This document shows, one piece after another, positions 1 through 12,580 of a stretch of DNA of 64,000 bases. The stretch is taken from assembly GCA_964016885.1 (NCBI GenBank), contig OZ024741.1, positions 193,998,001 through 194,062,000 of the forward strand, in the 5' to 3' direction. The position numbers were made by a program, and so were the translations under genes. The notes under the pieces are model-generated. The model was given only the letters and a program-made list of their open reading frames with translations, was not told the DNA's origin and did not search any database. The DNA comes from Eledone cirrhosa (Eukaryota). Every line of letters starts with the position of its first letter. Positions within the stretch are counted from its first letter, which is position 1.

Positions 1-1164
1 AGGTAGAGTAAAGAATTTCTTAGTTTTGACTATCATTATAATTTGTATGAATATATTGTATGAGGTATATATTGTAAGGAATAGCTGTCTGTCTCTCTAT
101 CACATGTGGTGTTTCTATTAGGGCCTTATTGTTACTTATTTTAATTGGTTTATATAATAACATTAATTAAGTTGATAACAAAATATGATGACAATATATT
201 TTATATAAAATCACTTTTCAATGTGTTGGTGTAAGGAAAGAGGGAACATGCATGCATATCTGTGCATATGCACACACACATTTAGACATATGTGAGGACC
301 CTTTAGTCATGTCAAAGACATAATAACCTCCCTAGTGCCAGTGCCATAATAAAATGCAGTCAGCAGGCATTGTAAAGTGGTTAGTGTTAAGAAAGAAATC
401 TAACTGTAGAAATCATGCCAGAAATTGGAATATATATTCAAAATTTGGTCTTTTGATTCATCTAGGAGAGCAATACTTCTGCGTAAGAACTGACTTGAAC
501 TGTGACAATCTATTTAACTCAGGCCAGCATGGAAAACACATGTAAAGTGAAGACAGAGATGACAGCAGAATGTTGAAGCTGTTGGGGGAATTTGTATGTT
601 TGAAACCATGCTGAAAAAGTGTTATGAGAATTCATTAGTTGCATCAAGAGCGTGACAATCTCTAGTGTTGGTGTCATGATAAAATACATCCAGTATACTC
701 TGAAAAGTGTTTGGTGATAGGAAGGCACCAAGTAGTAAATTTGACAAACAAAGAGTTGAAAGGATTCTTCAGTTGTGTTAAAGATATGGCAATCTCCATA
801 GTGCTGATGCTATGATAAAACATGCCCAGTATACTGTATAGAATATGGGAATAAATGTAAACATATGCACTCCTTGGCTTGTCAGGGATGTCATTAGTTC
901 TGGATGGGTACTGACTTGGTCTATGATGACCCCCCTAACCTTTATTAGCAGGCAAAACAGAGAAAGAAAGACCATGATTAAATGAGTTCTTACATATTAA
1001 TTGTGGGAAACTGTAGATTGTATGTTTTATTACAATTTTCAGTTCAATGCTGAATTATTCTCTCACTCTTGTTCATCAGGAGTTAACATTTGTCTTAAAA
1101 ACACACATGATCATTATTTAATATCCATTTTCCCTGCTAGCATATGTATGTGTGTTTATATGTG

Positions 1165-1537
1165 TATCATCATTTTTATGTCCCCTTTTCCCTGCTTCCA
1201 AGGGTGGGACGGGAACTGATTCTGGCTTGATTTCTACAGCTGGATGCCCTTCCTAACACCAACCTCATTTACAGGGGTCCCTATCATTCCACTGCAAAGT
1301 GGTCATGGAGGTGCCATGGCAAAAAAGCACCCAGCACTCACTGTAAATGAGGTTGGTGTTAGGAAGGGCATCCAGCTGTAGAAATCAAGCCAGATCATTT
1401 CTACAGCTGAGTAAACTGGAGCAATGTGAAATAAAGTGTCTTGCTCAAGGAAACAACACATCACCCGGTCTGAGAATTGAACTCACAACCTTTCGATTGC
1501 AAGGCCAATGCTCTAACTACTAAGCCATGTGCCTCCA
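1165..1537 (-). mobile_element. tRNA/CORE-type SINE copy with an internal inversion-duplication
   Basis: Same sequence as the SINE at 19961-20298. Tail (1165-1273) and head (1395-1537) are on minus, while the middle block 1274-1394 is on plus. Confidence 0.85.
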
Positions 1538-1610
1538 TATTACATTTATATATATGTATATTTATATTAAAATACAAATATTAATAAAATAGATGTTCTT
1601 TTGATCAATT

Positions 1611-1667
1611 ACATTTTATTATACATATTTCGGATGTACAACAGTACGTCCTCATCAGACAAAATAT
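1611..1667 (-). ncRNA. Type I hammerhead ribozyme in the Penelope 3' terminal repeat
   Basis: Minus strand reads auauuuugu CUGAUGA GGACGUAC uguu GUACAUCC GAAAU augu AUA auaaaaugu. Core is intact, stem II has one mismatch, and stem I is 9 bp including GU pairs. Confidence 0.8.
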
Positions 1668-2794
1668 AATGATACATGACATACCCTGAGATGTTAAATG
1701 GTTAAGATTTAATCAAGGTAGTGATTAACCTAAGAGAAAATTTTACATTTATACCCTAATTATGAGAAAATGCGAAAACGTAATAAATTCAATAGAGGAT
1801 GCGTGAGTAAGAAAAACGTTGCTTAATGTAACAGTCATAGAGATTTTAAAATGTATGATACTACAATTTATCTATGAAAACATCTCATGAATCATAACAG
1901 CCAGTGATAGCCCCTGGAAAAGGATTAATAGAGAGGGAAAGATAAGGGAATATGCAGAAGGAGATTTTTCCCAAAAGTTAAACGGTTAATTTTGAAAATA
2001 TTTAATTTATAATTTTAGGGTGAAGAATCAAGATTTCGGGATTTTTTTGCTGGTTATTTATATATTAGTTTTATAAATTCTATAAGTGTATTAACATTTC
2101 TAAGCTTTATGAGGGTAACATTTAAAGGATTTAGCTGGCAGATCAAGAATTAAATTTTATACTGTTGATTATTTTCCTAAATTTAAACTTTAACAAAGAT
2201 ACCAACATATTAAGTATGTAAAGCTTTTGAAGTACTTATTGCTAGAAATATTTAAATAACGATTATGTATATAGATATATATATTAATGAGCCAGTATGT
2301 TTTAGGTAAATAATAATGATGAATATAAATAAAATAATAGATTTAAAATATAAAATAATAAATTGAGGCATGTTAAGGTTAAATATACACCTATATATAA
2401 CAGGGTGTAAATGCATTAATTATTCTTATTTCAGAGTATACATAATCAAGAAATTTGGAAGTTAACTAGAGATTATGTATAGGAAGATATAGGGAGGTGT
2501 ATATAGATATATATTAGGTATTAGTGGTGCAGTATACTTTAGGTAAATGATAACGGTTATAATTTTATAAAATAGAGTTCAATGTGTTACATTTAAATAC
2601 ATATATATATATAAGAGAAACAATAATAAGTGCATGGGTAATTCAGAGTTCAAAATAATGTCTATAATAATTTTTAGTTTGGATATTTTCTCTATATTTG
2701 AATCATGTATATAGAAATTTGGTAGGTATATTTAAAAATATATAAAATATAATATATAATTACATACATATTGTAATACATATTGTAATACAAA

Positions 2795-2984
2795 GGGCGG
2801 TGGATTGGCAGTATCAGTAGAGGGTCGGACGCCATGCGTTCCAGCATAGTTACGTCCCTTTACGATCTGAGTTCAAATCCCGCCGAGGTTGACTTTGCCT
2901 TTCATCCTTACGAGGTCGATAAAATAAAGTACCAGTAATGCACTGGGTAATTGCTGGCCTTGTGCCTAAAGTAGAAACAATTAT
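2795..2984 (+). mobile_element. tRNA-derived SINE, family 2 (Meta-domain-like), inserted in the Penelope 3' region
   Basis: B box GAGTTCAAATCC followed by gcctttcatccttacgaggtcgataaaataaagtaccag. Near-identical copies at 15955 and 25251. Confidence 0.8.
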
Positions 2985-3437
2985 ATTATAAATAAGAGAT
3001 CAAAAATTCACATTTATATATAAGTTTGAATCTGTTTTAAATTTTAGATTTTAAAGTGCAGTAGGTATATTTAAAAATATAATTACATACATATTATAAT
3101 ATACTATATTATATTATACTATAAATAAGAGATCAAAAACACATAAAAAATTCACAGTTATAGATAAGTTCCGTAAAGATGTATGAGTTGGGTATTAAAC
3201 TAAAATTTAAAACATAGATAGGAAGATAGATAGAAAAATAAAGAAATAAAGAAATAATTGTATTGATCAAAGTTAATAAAATAATGTAATGTTATGTGTA
3301 TCAGTGTTCCGGCATGTTATTGAACAAGTGTCTTTCATTTGAGGGTTATTTCTTCTATAGATAGCTATAACATAAAGCAATATTAAAGGCCATTAATGTT
3401 TTTCACAGTTGATTATATATTGCTGGTAACCAAGTTA

Positions 3438-5049
3438 TTAATGGTTTAATGTTATTCTCTCTTTTTTTCTCTTTTTATGGGAGGCTAAAAAAGTGGACGT
3501 AGCTTTATGGAGGCAACTAGAGAATAATTCACTTTTTTTGTTAATTAGGGTCTCATAGTTATTAATAATCAACAGGGTCTCCATTGTACAGAGCGGGCAG
3601 TTATTTGATATACTAGAGTTGCGGTAAATTCCACAGTTCCGAAGTTTTGTCCAAAGAATGGAGTATTTTAAATTCTTCTCTTTTAATGACCATATGAGCT
3701 GTGATAAAGACGTGGATGATTTCCTCTTAGAGTTCGAGAATGAGCATTTATGGTTCGCAAATCGGGCTTTGAATGTCGAAGAGGTGGATTCTATGTAGTT
3801 GTATGTGTTGTGATCAGTTTTTACGGTGCATTTATAAACCAAATTACTATCTAGACAATTATTTTGCAAAGAGCAATCAGTTTTATTTCTACAATTGCAT
3901 TTTGGTTTAGTATCATTTATGTTAACTCTATTATTAGGATCATTATGCTGGTTTGGTTTTAGGATTTTAGCGTTTAATTTGGCAATGTTTTGGGCCATGT
4001 TCATAGTTGTAGAATGTGAGAATTTAATGGTATGTCTATTAAAAATGGAATGGTATTTATGTTGAGTAGGGAAAGAGGTGTCAAGAGTGTTAAAGAATAA
4101 TTTTGCAATTGGTGTTTTAACTGCGACCGAAGCTGGGGGGGGGGGGGGCAAACCATATGACTGGTTTAGATCTAGTTCGTATTCTCGATTTATTTGGCAT
4201 ATGGGTGTTTGAATTATAATTATTAGAGTTTCTCTTATATATGTTATTATTTTTATTATTATTATTAGGAATAGTACTTGGATTATTATTATCTACATAT
4301 TCTATATTATTCATATATCCTGCTCTTTTTAACGCGTTGTTGTAGTATTCAGCGTTTTTATCAAATATATCTTTATTGGCTGATATTTTATTAATACGTT
4401 TTTGCACACTATTTACTATAGCTTCTTTTACAGATCTAGGGTGATTTGAATAGTTACTAACATAGTTTAAGTTTTCATTGGGCTTATGAAAAGGGTTATA
4501 GAAGCCAGTGTTTAAGTTAAAGGTAACGTCTAGGAAATTAACTATTTTGGTACCATTTTCTACTTCTAACTTAAGGTCGTACGTTTTAAAGAATTCTATT
4601 ATACTTTTTTTTACTCTATTTAGTTCTATATTGTTGTGTTTGACCACGGTAAATAAAATGTTGTCCCTATATAAACCACCGGTAATCTCCGGCAGTTTTC
4701 TATTTATCATGTTTAATATGAAAATTCCCAGAAGATCTGTGATTTGCGCGGAATCGGATGCCTCCATAGTGATATCAAAGTTTCTATCTCTATCTGAGCG
4801 TGTCCAATATTCGTTATTGAAGTTAATAAAAGTTCTTCTGGCTGTTAAAATTATATCTATTTCATCCGTGGTTAGATCAGTATGCTTATAAGCATATGAA
4901 AGGGCCTTATTTAGAAGGTTAGGTGTTATGGAAGAATAGTAGCTAGTAATGTCCATCTGGATGAATTTATGGTTTTTCTTGTCTTCAATATTTGTGTACC
5001 ATTCAATGACCTCGTTTGTATCTTTCCATAAGCTCAAATTAGATCTCAA
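3438..5049 (-). pseudogene. Penelope-like RT-endonuclease ORF, disrupted
   Basis: The frame breaks at the G-run 4135-4149 (could be a sequencing slip). The catalytic YRDD reads YRDN and YIG reads YIE. Confidence 0.85.
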
Positions 5050-5349
5050 TTTAAGAGTGGGTAATGTTACCCACTCTTAAATGTGGCATCCTTTATAAAA
5101 ATATCACAATAAATACATCTAGAGTGTACGATAGATAATGATTACAATATTTTTGAGCAACAACTCTAGTCCCACACTTTTGAAGGTTTATTATAACATT
5201 CTGTGGCTCTTTTGGGCTTGCGCATTTTTCAGGTCTAGTAATTGATGCTCTGAATTAATGTTCAAGGATGTTTTTTTATTAAGAAACATAATCAATATAT
5301 ATTTTTTATATGTTTTGATTAAAACTAAATATAGTGTGTATATATATTG

Positions 5350-5590
5350 ATTGAATTCCCACATCGGTCCCAAATGACCATGGTTTTACACCTAGAAAGT
5401 TCCCCTCTGGGGTACACATCTGGGCAAGGTCTGTTTGTGGAAGACCAGCTGTTGCCCATGTATGCCAGTCTCCCCTTTTCCACAGCCACCGATGTTGTCC
5501 AAGGGAAAGGCAATGGCCGATACAGTTTGCCACCAGTGAGTGAACTGGAGCAATGTGAAATAAAGTGTTTTGCTCAATAACACAATGCGG
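5350..5590 (-). mobile_element. CORE-type SINE fragment with a different 3' body
   Basis: 5540-5585 matches the CORE-like block of the 19961 SINE, but the downstream body (5350-5535) is unrelated to it. Confidence 0.6.
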
Positions 5591-5594
5591 CTCC

Positions 5595-5862
5595 AGTTAT
5601 TCATGGAACTTTCCTCAGCACCTGACTAATAATTGTTCATGGAAACCACCGCTTATTTGCGGAATCATAAATATCTTCTGCGATTTTTATCATGGCTATT
5701 TTCGTGGCAATATATATTTTTTCATGCTTTTTAACGCTAAATTATTAATAACAATATACCACATTTGCCGGCCTATATTTTAGATTATGTTTTGACATTT
5801 ATAGGCATTTTCACGGGTGCTCTAGGAACGTAACTCCCATGAATACAGGGAAACAACTGTGT
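5595..5862 (+). mobile_element. Tigger/pogo-like MITE, partial
   Basis: Homologous to 10094-10428 and ends in gaatacagggaaacaactgt. Confidence 0.65.
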
Positions 5863-5866
5863 ATAA

Positions 5867-6150
5867 TCTCCTATATAAATGGCAATTTCTGTCTGTCTGT
5901 TTATCTGGCACCTACACCAGTGATCCAATCCTGATGAAACTTTACACACATGTTAAGCTAATTAGATTTCAATAAAAATCAATAATGGAACCCTTGGGGA
6001 CATCTTTACAATGGAGGAGGAAAGAGAATATATTTCAGTGAGAGAAGGGGAAGAGGAGATATTACTACTGTTTGTTAAACCCTCCCTCCCACTACTCCCC
6101 TTCCTCCTCCCGCAACTCAGTCCTCCAAAACGAGGCAACAACTTATTAGA
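5867..6150 (+). mobile_element. Decayed non-autonomous Helitron-like 5' end
   Basis: TC..ctatataa..(ctgt)n..ccaatcctgatgaaactttacaca has the same layout as the starts at ~56735 (-) and ~58105 (+). Confidence 0.4.
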
Positions 6151-7337
6151 AATATGCATAAAAAAATTTCAAACAAAAGTATCTCTTGGTTTGTTTTGTG
6201 TCAATATGCTCTTTCTCTGTAAAACTAACATACTTACATACATCTAATTTTGGTTGACGACTGAACAGATGTCTCTTCAGAATCCATGTGATATATATAT
6301 ATACATCACATCCACTGATATGGATTCTGAACACATGCACACACTTAGGTCACATTAAGGTCAACTGTAGGAATCGGTGATAAGTTACAAAAAAGTCTGA
6401 TGATCAATGACCTGGAAGTTGGCTTACCATGAGATTAATCTGAAGAATAAAACCCAAATCATATGTTGACAAATATTCGTACTCCCGGCATGTTAATTGT
6501 AACATGCCATCTTTGAGAGTAGAATTTATTTTGTCGATATTTCGATGTGTCAGATCGTAGGAAGATTAACACGAATTAAGAAGATGTACCTTCTCCCTCA
6601 TTATTGACACTTTGCAACAGTGAACATTACAAGACCTTCTTTAGGGCCAATACTTCTGATTGTTTTTCCGACTTATTATGGTGTGTTTCCTTGAGTTATG
6701 GGGGAAAACGGGATGGTTATATTGAATTGCTTCAGTCATTCGAAAGGCTTTACAAGCGGTCAATTCAAAATTTGGAACAAAGGAATAAAAATTCCCTTAC
6801 ACAAACCAAATTAAGCACTCAACGAAGTTATCAAACAAAACATAAACCATTAATCGATCAATAGAATTGTCTAATTAAATTAATCAATTAATAGTTAGTT
6901 AGCATCAACGAAGCCATGGTTGCAGCCAAGCTAACGATTGCAGTTTCGGTGTGCAGCTAAGCACTCGGATAGGGTATATAACCCTAGAGTTATAACATTA
7001 TGTTTAGACAGCTTTGCAAGATGAAGACAGCGGCCGATAGAAAGGCCGCAGTGACCATAGCCACGAAAAAGACTGAACTCAGGAAATATTTGACTAACCT
7101 GGACCGTCGTGTCGACATCATACATAACACATAATACATATAATATATACCATATGATATATATATATAATATATAAATACATATATTTTATATAGAATA
7201 AAGAGTGCCAATCTAATTTATCTATTAAGGCAGCAAATCGCATCTTTGTAGGTTCAAATCTCAAATACACTCTCAAACAAAATATCAGATATGCACACAA
7301 CCACATCCCTTCTTTATATAAATTTCTGTGATTCTGT

Positions 7338-7707
7338 GAACTTGAGAGGAGATTGGATGGCACATATACCCGCCTCTTAATGAGAGTGCAAAACCTATCC
7401 TGGAAACGACATCCCACCTTGTCTAAAATCTATGGCAAACTCCCTCGAGCCTCTGCCCTTCTAAAATCCCGGAGAGCTCAATTTGCTGGCCACTGTCACC
7501 GTGCCAGCAATGAAATCATATCCGCTCTTGCTCTGGAACCCTGACTCCAGCCTGACTAGGAGTAGGAAGCTGTCATTCCCTGACGTTATCTCTAGGGATA
7601 CAGGAATCAGTAGACAGGACCTGGGGGCAGCGATGGGGGACAGGGAATTCTGGGGCATGAGAGTGAGATCCATCATCTCGACAGTAGTCGACGAATGATG
7701 ATGTTGA
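7338..7707 (+). mobile_element. RTE-X-like LINE 3' fragment
   Basis: Encodes LDGTYTRLLMRVQNLSW..QFAGHCHR..W, has a (tga)n tail, and is flanked by an 11-bp TSD tgtgattctgt (7327-7337 / 7708-7718). Confidence 0.8.
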
Positions 7708-7899
7708 TGTGATTCTGTCACAACGTGTAAAGAGAGAGGAGTAGTTTGACTACCTTATACTACTCCTCTCTCTTTACGCCTGCTGCTTGCATGAATTTTT
7801 GTGTGTCTGTGTTTGCACATTTATATTTATATACTCATACATATAAATGTATGCATATGCACACACACATACACATACGCATCAGCGTGTTGAAAAAAT

Positions 7900-8985
7900 C
7901 CTAGTTTCATAAACTGCTAACCAGAATTCAAAGTTATATTACAAGACACGAAGACAAACCTGTTGGAGTGTGACCGACATTTGGAGAGTTTCCCTCCTCA
8001 AGCCGCAGGTGTGAGCATCGCAAGATAAAATGGCTCTTCCAGCACATCTCCTTCAACATCCTCCAGGGAAACACCTTTGTTGGATTGCCTCAAGCTCCAT
8101 GGTTAGTTTGATACTATGGGGTGACCACAGCTGGAAGCAATAGTCCAAGCGGCTTAGGACAGATGTCCTCCATAGTATCAACATGGTCTCTCTGTCTCTT
8201 GTTTGGAAAGTCTTCAAGATCCAGCCAACAAGTCGTCTGCACACTGTCACCACCTTCATGATGTATGAGGAAAAAGATGCATCGTCGCTCATGTCTATTC
8301 CCAGGTCTCGTATCAATTTCAACATGAGAATTTCGATCTCTCCTGGTCCAGTGTAGCTGTGTTATACTGTATTTGTGTTTATACTGTATTTATATTGGTA
8401 TTGCAGGTCTTGAAATGTTCTAGCATTAAACTGCCCATTTGTATGTGGCATCCAGATCTTGTTGTAAAGGGCAGCATCAGCCAGGTTTTTGATTGACTAT
8501 GCTACCTTAGTGTCATCAGCATAGCTAGTGAGGGATGTTGTATGTACTACAGAGGGCATGTCTGAGAGGGCCACCAAAAAAAGTAGTGGTCCCAAGACTG
8601 TGACCTGGGGCACCCCACTTGTTATTGATGTTTCCTTTGAGAGGGCCCCATTTGCTGCAACTGTCTGGCTTCTGTCCTTTAAGAAGTCATGCAGCCACTG
8701 ACCTACTTTTCCAGTTATGCCGAGTCTGTGTAGTTTATGACATATCATTCTGTGGTCGACCTTGTCAAAGACCTTCACAAAATCAAAATATATCACGTCC
8801 ACATGTGCGCTGTCTAGCAGTTGTTTCAGTACCCAGTCGTAGTGTTGTAGCAGCTGTGTAAGGCAGCTTCTTCCATGCTGTGTGCTAGTCAGGCGGTCAT
8901 TTTCCTCGAAAAACGTGATCAGTTTCTTTCTGATGATTCGCTCCATGACCTTACTGATATGTGACATCAGGGAGACTGGCCTACA
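7900..8985 (-). mobile_element. CR1-group LINE RT fragment, decayed
   Basis: RPVSLMSHISKVMERII, DVIYFDFVKVFDKVDH, SGVPQVTVLGPLLFL, YADDTKV, then RDLGI..SRLDYC..WSP. Confidence 0.9.
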
Positions 8986-8989
8986 CACA

Positions 8990-9145
8990 TATCATCATCA
9001 TCATCACCGTTTTACGTCCGTTCTTCCACGCTAGCATGGGTTAGATGGGTTGTCTTGTTGTGGGCAGTAGCCGGTCGGCTGACTATGTCTTGCTCATGCA
9101 GGAACTGATTCTGGCTTGATTTCTACAGCTGGGTGCCCTTCCTAT
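8990..9145 (-). mobile_element. SINE 3' tail fragment
   Basis: (cat)n tail, ttttacgtccg and ctacagctgggtgcccttccta, shared with the many other SINE tails. Confidence 0.7.
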
Positions 9146-9157
9146 TGTCTATTTGCT

Positions 9158-10092
9158 TCAGCTTTGACTTGTACCTGTTGCGGGTTGGGTCTTCTGTTTT
9201 ACTGAGTGACGCCAGAGGTCACGGTTGTGTGTCATTGCCTTTGAGAGATGTAATTGGTTAAGGTCGGCTTTTATCACCTCATCCGAGGTCTTCTTGGATC
9301 TCCCCACTCCGCGGCTTCCGACTTCTAGTGCTATGCACCTTTTTATGCAGCTGTCATCCTTCATATGCATCATATGTCCATACGAACGCAACCTCCTCTC
9401 CTGCGCACAGCATTTGATTCCTCTTATACTCAGTCTCTCTCTCAATTCGTTTATGCTTTGCCGTTCGTGTATATTACTATTACACACCCATCGGAGCATG
9501 CAGGCTTCGTTTCTTTCTAATCTACACAAGTCTTCTACAGACAGCACCCAGGTGTCACTACCATGTAACATTGCTGTTCGTATACACGCATCATATAGTC
9601 TGCTTTTCATTTTGAGGGAAAAGCCTTTTGCAGCTAGCAGTGGTAGTAGCTCCCTGAACTTCTTCCATCCCATTCTTACCCTAGTTATTGTACTTTCCGA
9701 ACACCCACCTCAGGTGCTAATTCGGTCACCTAGGTAGCAGAAGCTGTCTACTGTTTCTACATCATCATCATCAGGTCGAGCTCGCTCGACTTTCTACGAC
9801 ACGTTTCCTCCATCCATCTCTGTCTCTCATAGCGTTTGCCAGTTCTTCCGCAGTGCATCCAGTATCGTCCTCAAGTTGCTTGACGCATGTCTTCTTGGGA
9901 CGACCAGCGTTTCTTGCTCCATGCGATGGACTCCATAACAACACATCACCTGCTATTTCTTCCTTGCTGCTCCGTGCTGCTTTAAACGTGTCTTGGAGGG
10001 AACACCCAACAAATAAGGATCTCTATGGCAATATACCACTTATCAGCAGGTCAATAGGTGGACAGAGACTGTTTCTACAGAGCCCTCCCAAT
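9158..10092 (-). mobile_element. RTE LINE 3' fragment, interrupted by another LINE at 9762-10067
   Basis: [27 protein letters not shown]. The frame SVETVDSFCYLGD continues past the insertion at 10068-10092. Confidence 0.9.
9762..10067 (-). mobile_element. RTE-X-like LINE 3' fragment with a 5' inversion
   Basis: Minus part encodes SKEEIAGDVLLWSP..GRPKKT..DRDGW plus a (tga)n tail. Plus part encodes LRAALNVSWREHPTNKDLYG. TSD actgtttctaca at 9750-9761 and 10068-10079. Confidence 0.85.
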
Positions 10093-10093
10093 A

Positions 10094-10428
10094 TACAGTG
10101 TAGCCCAGCATTCACAGCCCTGACATTTGCGGTCCTAACTAATAATTGTTAGTGGAAACCACTGCATATTCACAGAATCGTAAATATCTTCCGCGATTTT
10201 TATGACTTTTTTTCGTGGCAATATATATTTTTTTAACACTAAATCATTAATAACAATATACTGTATTTGCTGGCCTATTGCATCAGATGTTCCCTCTTTT
10301 TTATTATATTTTACATTATACTTTGACATTTATAGGCATTTTTATGGACCATGTCCAATATTCATGGTTTTTCGCTCTTCGCAGGTGCTCTAGGAACGTA
10401 ATCTCCATGAATACTGGGGGACAACTGT
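10094..10428 (+). mobile_element. Tigger/pogo-like MITE
   Basis: Imperfect TIRs tacagtgtagcccagcattc / gaatactggggacaactgta with TA flanks. Three copies in the window. Confidence 0.7.
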
Positions 10429-10439
10429 ATATATATATA

Positions 10440-11281
10440 TATAAAGAATTAGTATATCTACCAACATATATATACAGATGCATACCTATGTTAGCAAATA
10501 TATAGGTTTTGTCTTAGTAACTTTGTGGTTAAATGCAAGGGGATGCAGAACAATAATATGAAAGATGTAAAATAAGAAAATTATAAAAATTAACTTACTA
10601 AAATTTCACTCCAACTAATTAGTTTCTGAAAGGGAATAAACATGGTTTCCGAAGGAACGCACAGACAAATCCTTTCATCATCAGGGAAGTCTATTCTCAG
10701 CTAACTTCCCAGGCAATGCGTGGACACAGGGAACTTATACAAAAATAATTCAGTGGATGGAAAAAAGCAAAGCGTGGACTAAGTTCCAAGACATTGAAAA
10801 AATCACTGCCTACTTGGTCGGTGGCAAATTCAAAAGAATCAATCACGTGACATCGAGGTTAATTAGTGAGGAGTGGTGTGTTAAGACAGCAGCCGAACCA
10901 TTACTATGAACTATAGTAGGCAGTGATTTTTTCAATGTCTTGGAACTTAGTCCACGCTTGCTTTTTTCCATCCACTGAATTATTTTTGTATAAGTTCCCT
11001 GTGTCCACGCATTGCCTGGGAATAGACTTCCCTGATGACGAAAGGATTTCTCCGTGCGTTCCTTCGGAAACCATGTTTATTCCCTTTCAGAAACTAATTA
11101 GTTGGAGTGAAATTTTAGTAAGTAAGTTAATTTTTATAATTTTCTTATTTTACATCTTTCATATTATTGTTCTGCATCCCCTTGCATTGAACCACAAAGT
11201 TACTAAGACAAAACCTATATATTTGCTAGCATAGGTATGCATCTGTATATATATGTTGGTAGATATACTAATTCTTTATAA
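10440..11281. mobile_element. Non-coding fold-back element, two hammerhead motifs (family A)
   Basis: Inverted arms of about 370 bp (10440-10813 / 10916-11281). Hammerheads at 10608-10690 (-) and 11026-11108 (+). Homologous to 47688-48422. Confidence 0.85.
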
Positions 11282-11359
11282 TTAACTGTGGTACTGAAAC
11301 TCCTTGTTTGGTGTTCAAATCACTTGCTCATAATTGACAAATTTATTTCTAATTGGCAG

Positions 11360-11462
11360 GCATCACTGTGCAAGGTAGAGAAGGAAATCGAAGTAATTGA
11401 TTTGACAGAATCGTTAACCAACATGTCAACAACAACAGATACATCAAGTATTTTCAACTCAG
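11360..11462 (+). CDS. Host gene internal exon (ASLCKVEKEIEVIDLTESLTNMSTTTDTSSIFNS)
   Basis: cag|..|gtcagc boundaries. 103 nt, phase 0 to 1, in frame with the exon at 17840. Confidence 0.6.
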
Positions 11463-11592
11463 GTCAGCTACAAACAGTTCTCATTTAATTATATAACTAC
11501 TAGTACATAACCTGTTGTTTTATTGACAGAATAAGTAATATCTGCTTTCTTCAACAAACTATAACTGAACCATGATTATATATGTGTGTGTG

Positions 11593-11594
11593 AG

Positions 11595-11672
<78 letters not shown>
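11593..11672. repeat. (GA)n microsatellite
   Basis: Direct reading. Confidence 0.97.
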
Positions 11673-11679
<7 letters not shown>

Positions 11680-12395
11680 ATATAAGTATAGTATCAGCAG
11701 AAAATTCAGACAAACAAGCAGGAACATAGGATGAACTGATATCTTCATCTCTACCTTGTCAGATACTTGCTGGCATGCAATTTTACACACACATGAACAC
11801 ATACATACATAGATTAGGCCTCAGTTGGTTTTACCTATAAGTGTACCAGCTGTTTGATCAGTGAAACATCTTGCTCATGAAATTAACATGATATATATAT
11901 ATATCATCATATATATATATATTTAGTGTCTGTCAGACCCAGGATTATTTACTTGAGTAAACATCACCGGAATCTACTAAATTTTATACAGAAAAAGATA
12001 AGATATATTTACAAAACACCATCTCGAATACAAGTCTTCATTTTATTGTAACTCCGTTATAATTGTTGTACACAAATATCCTCGTACATATTTAGGTATA
12101 GTCCAAGCCCGTGATTAACATGTTTTATTGATGGAGTGGTGTGTGCATAAATGTTAGTTCATACCTGGAGTTATATGTCAGCAAACAGCAGTAAGAAAGG
12201 ATCAGAATGCATGTCCATCTCTAGGCCCTTTGATGGGGGTCTCTAGGAAGATGTTATCTGTTCGAAGGTAAAGCGCCAAAGAGAGATAGCTTGGCTGTGT
12301 TGCCGCTATTTATAACCTCTTTCCGGAAGTTGCAAAAGAGGGTTCTAGACCTTCAACGGGAAGTAACTCTAACTACTTCCCTGTCTAGAGAGCGC

Positions 12396-12398
<3 letters not shown>

Positions 12399-12470
<72 letters not shown>

Positions 12471-12536
12471 ATATATATATATAATATATATATATATAAT
12501 ATATATATATATATATAATATATAATATATATATAT

Positions 12537-12580
<44 letters not shown>

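Larger units (their letters stand above)
1545..5063 (-). mobile_element. Penelope-like retroelement (RT + C-terminal GIY-YIG), 5'-truncated
   Basis: ORF 4117-5049 has PLE RT motifs (MDITSYYSSI, GGLYRDN, NFLDVTFNL, YSNHP). ORF 3438-4151 has CNCx5C, LVYKC..YIES and LCxxE..C.H. A long AT-rich 3' region ends in a hammerhead motif. Confidence 0.9.

Noticed and set aside
5931-5940. ctgatgaaac as a hammerhead core
   Set aside because: No stem II between CUGAUGA and GAAA; it is part of a Helitron-like terminal motif.
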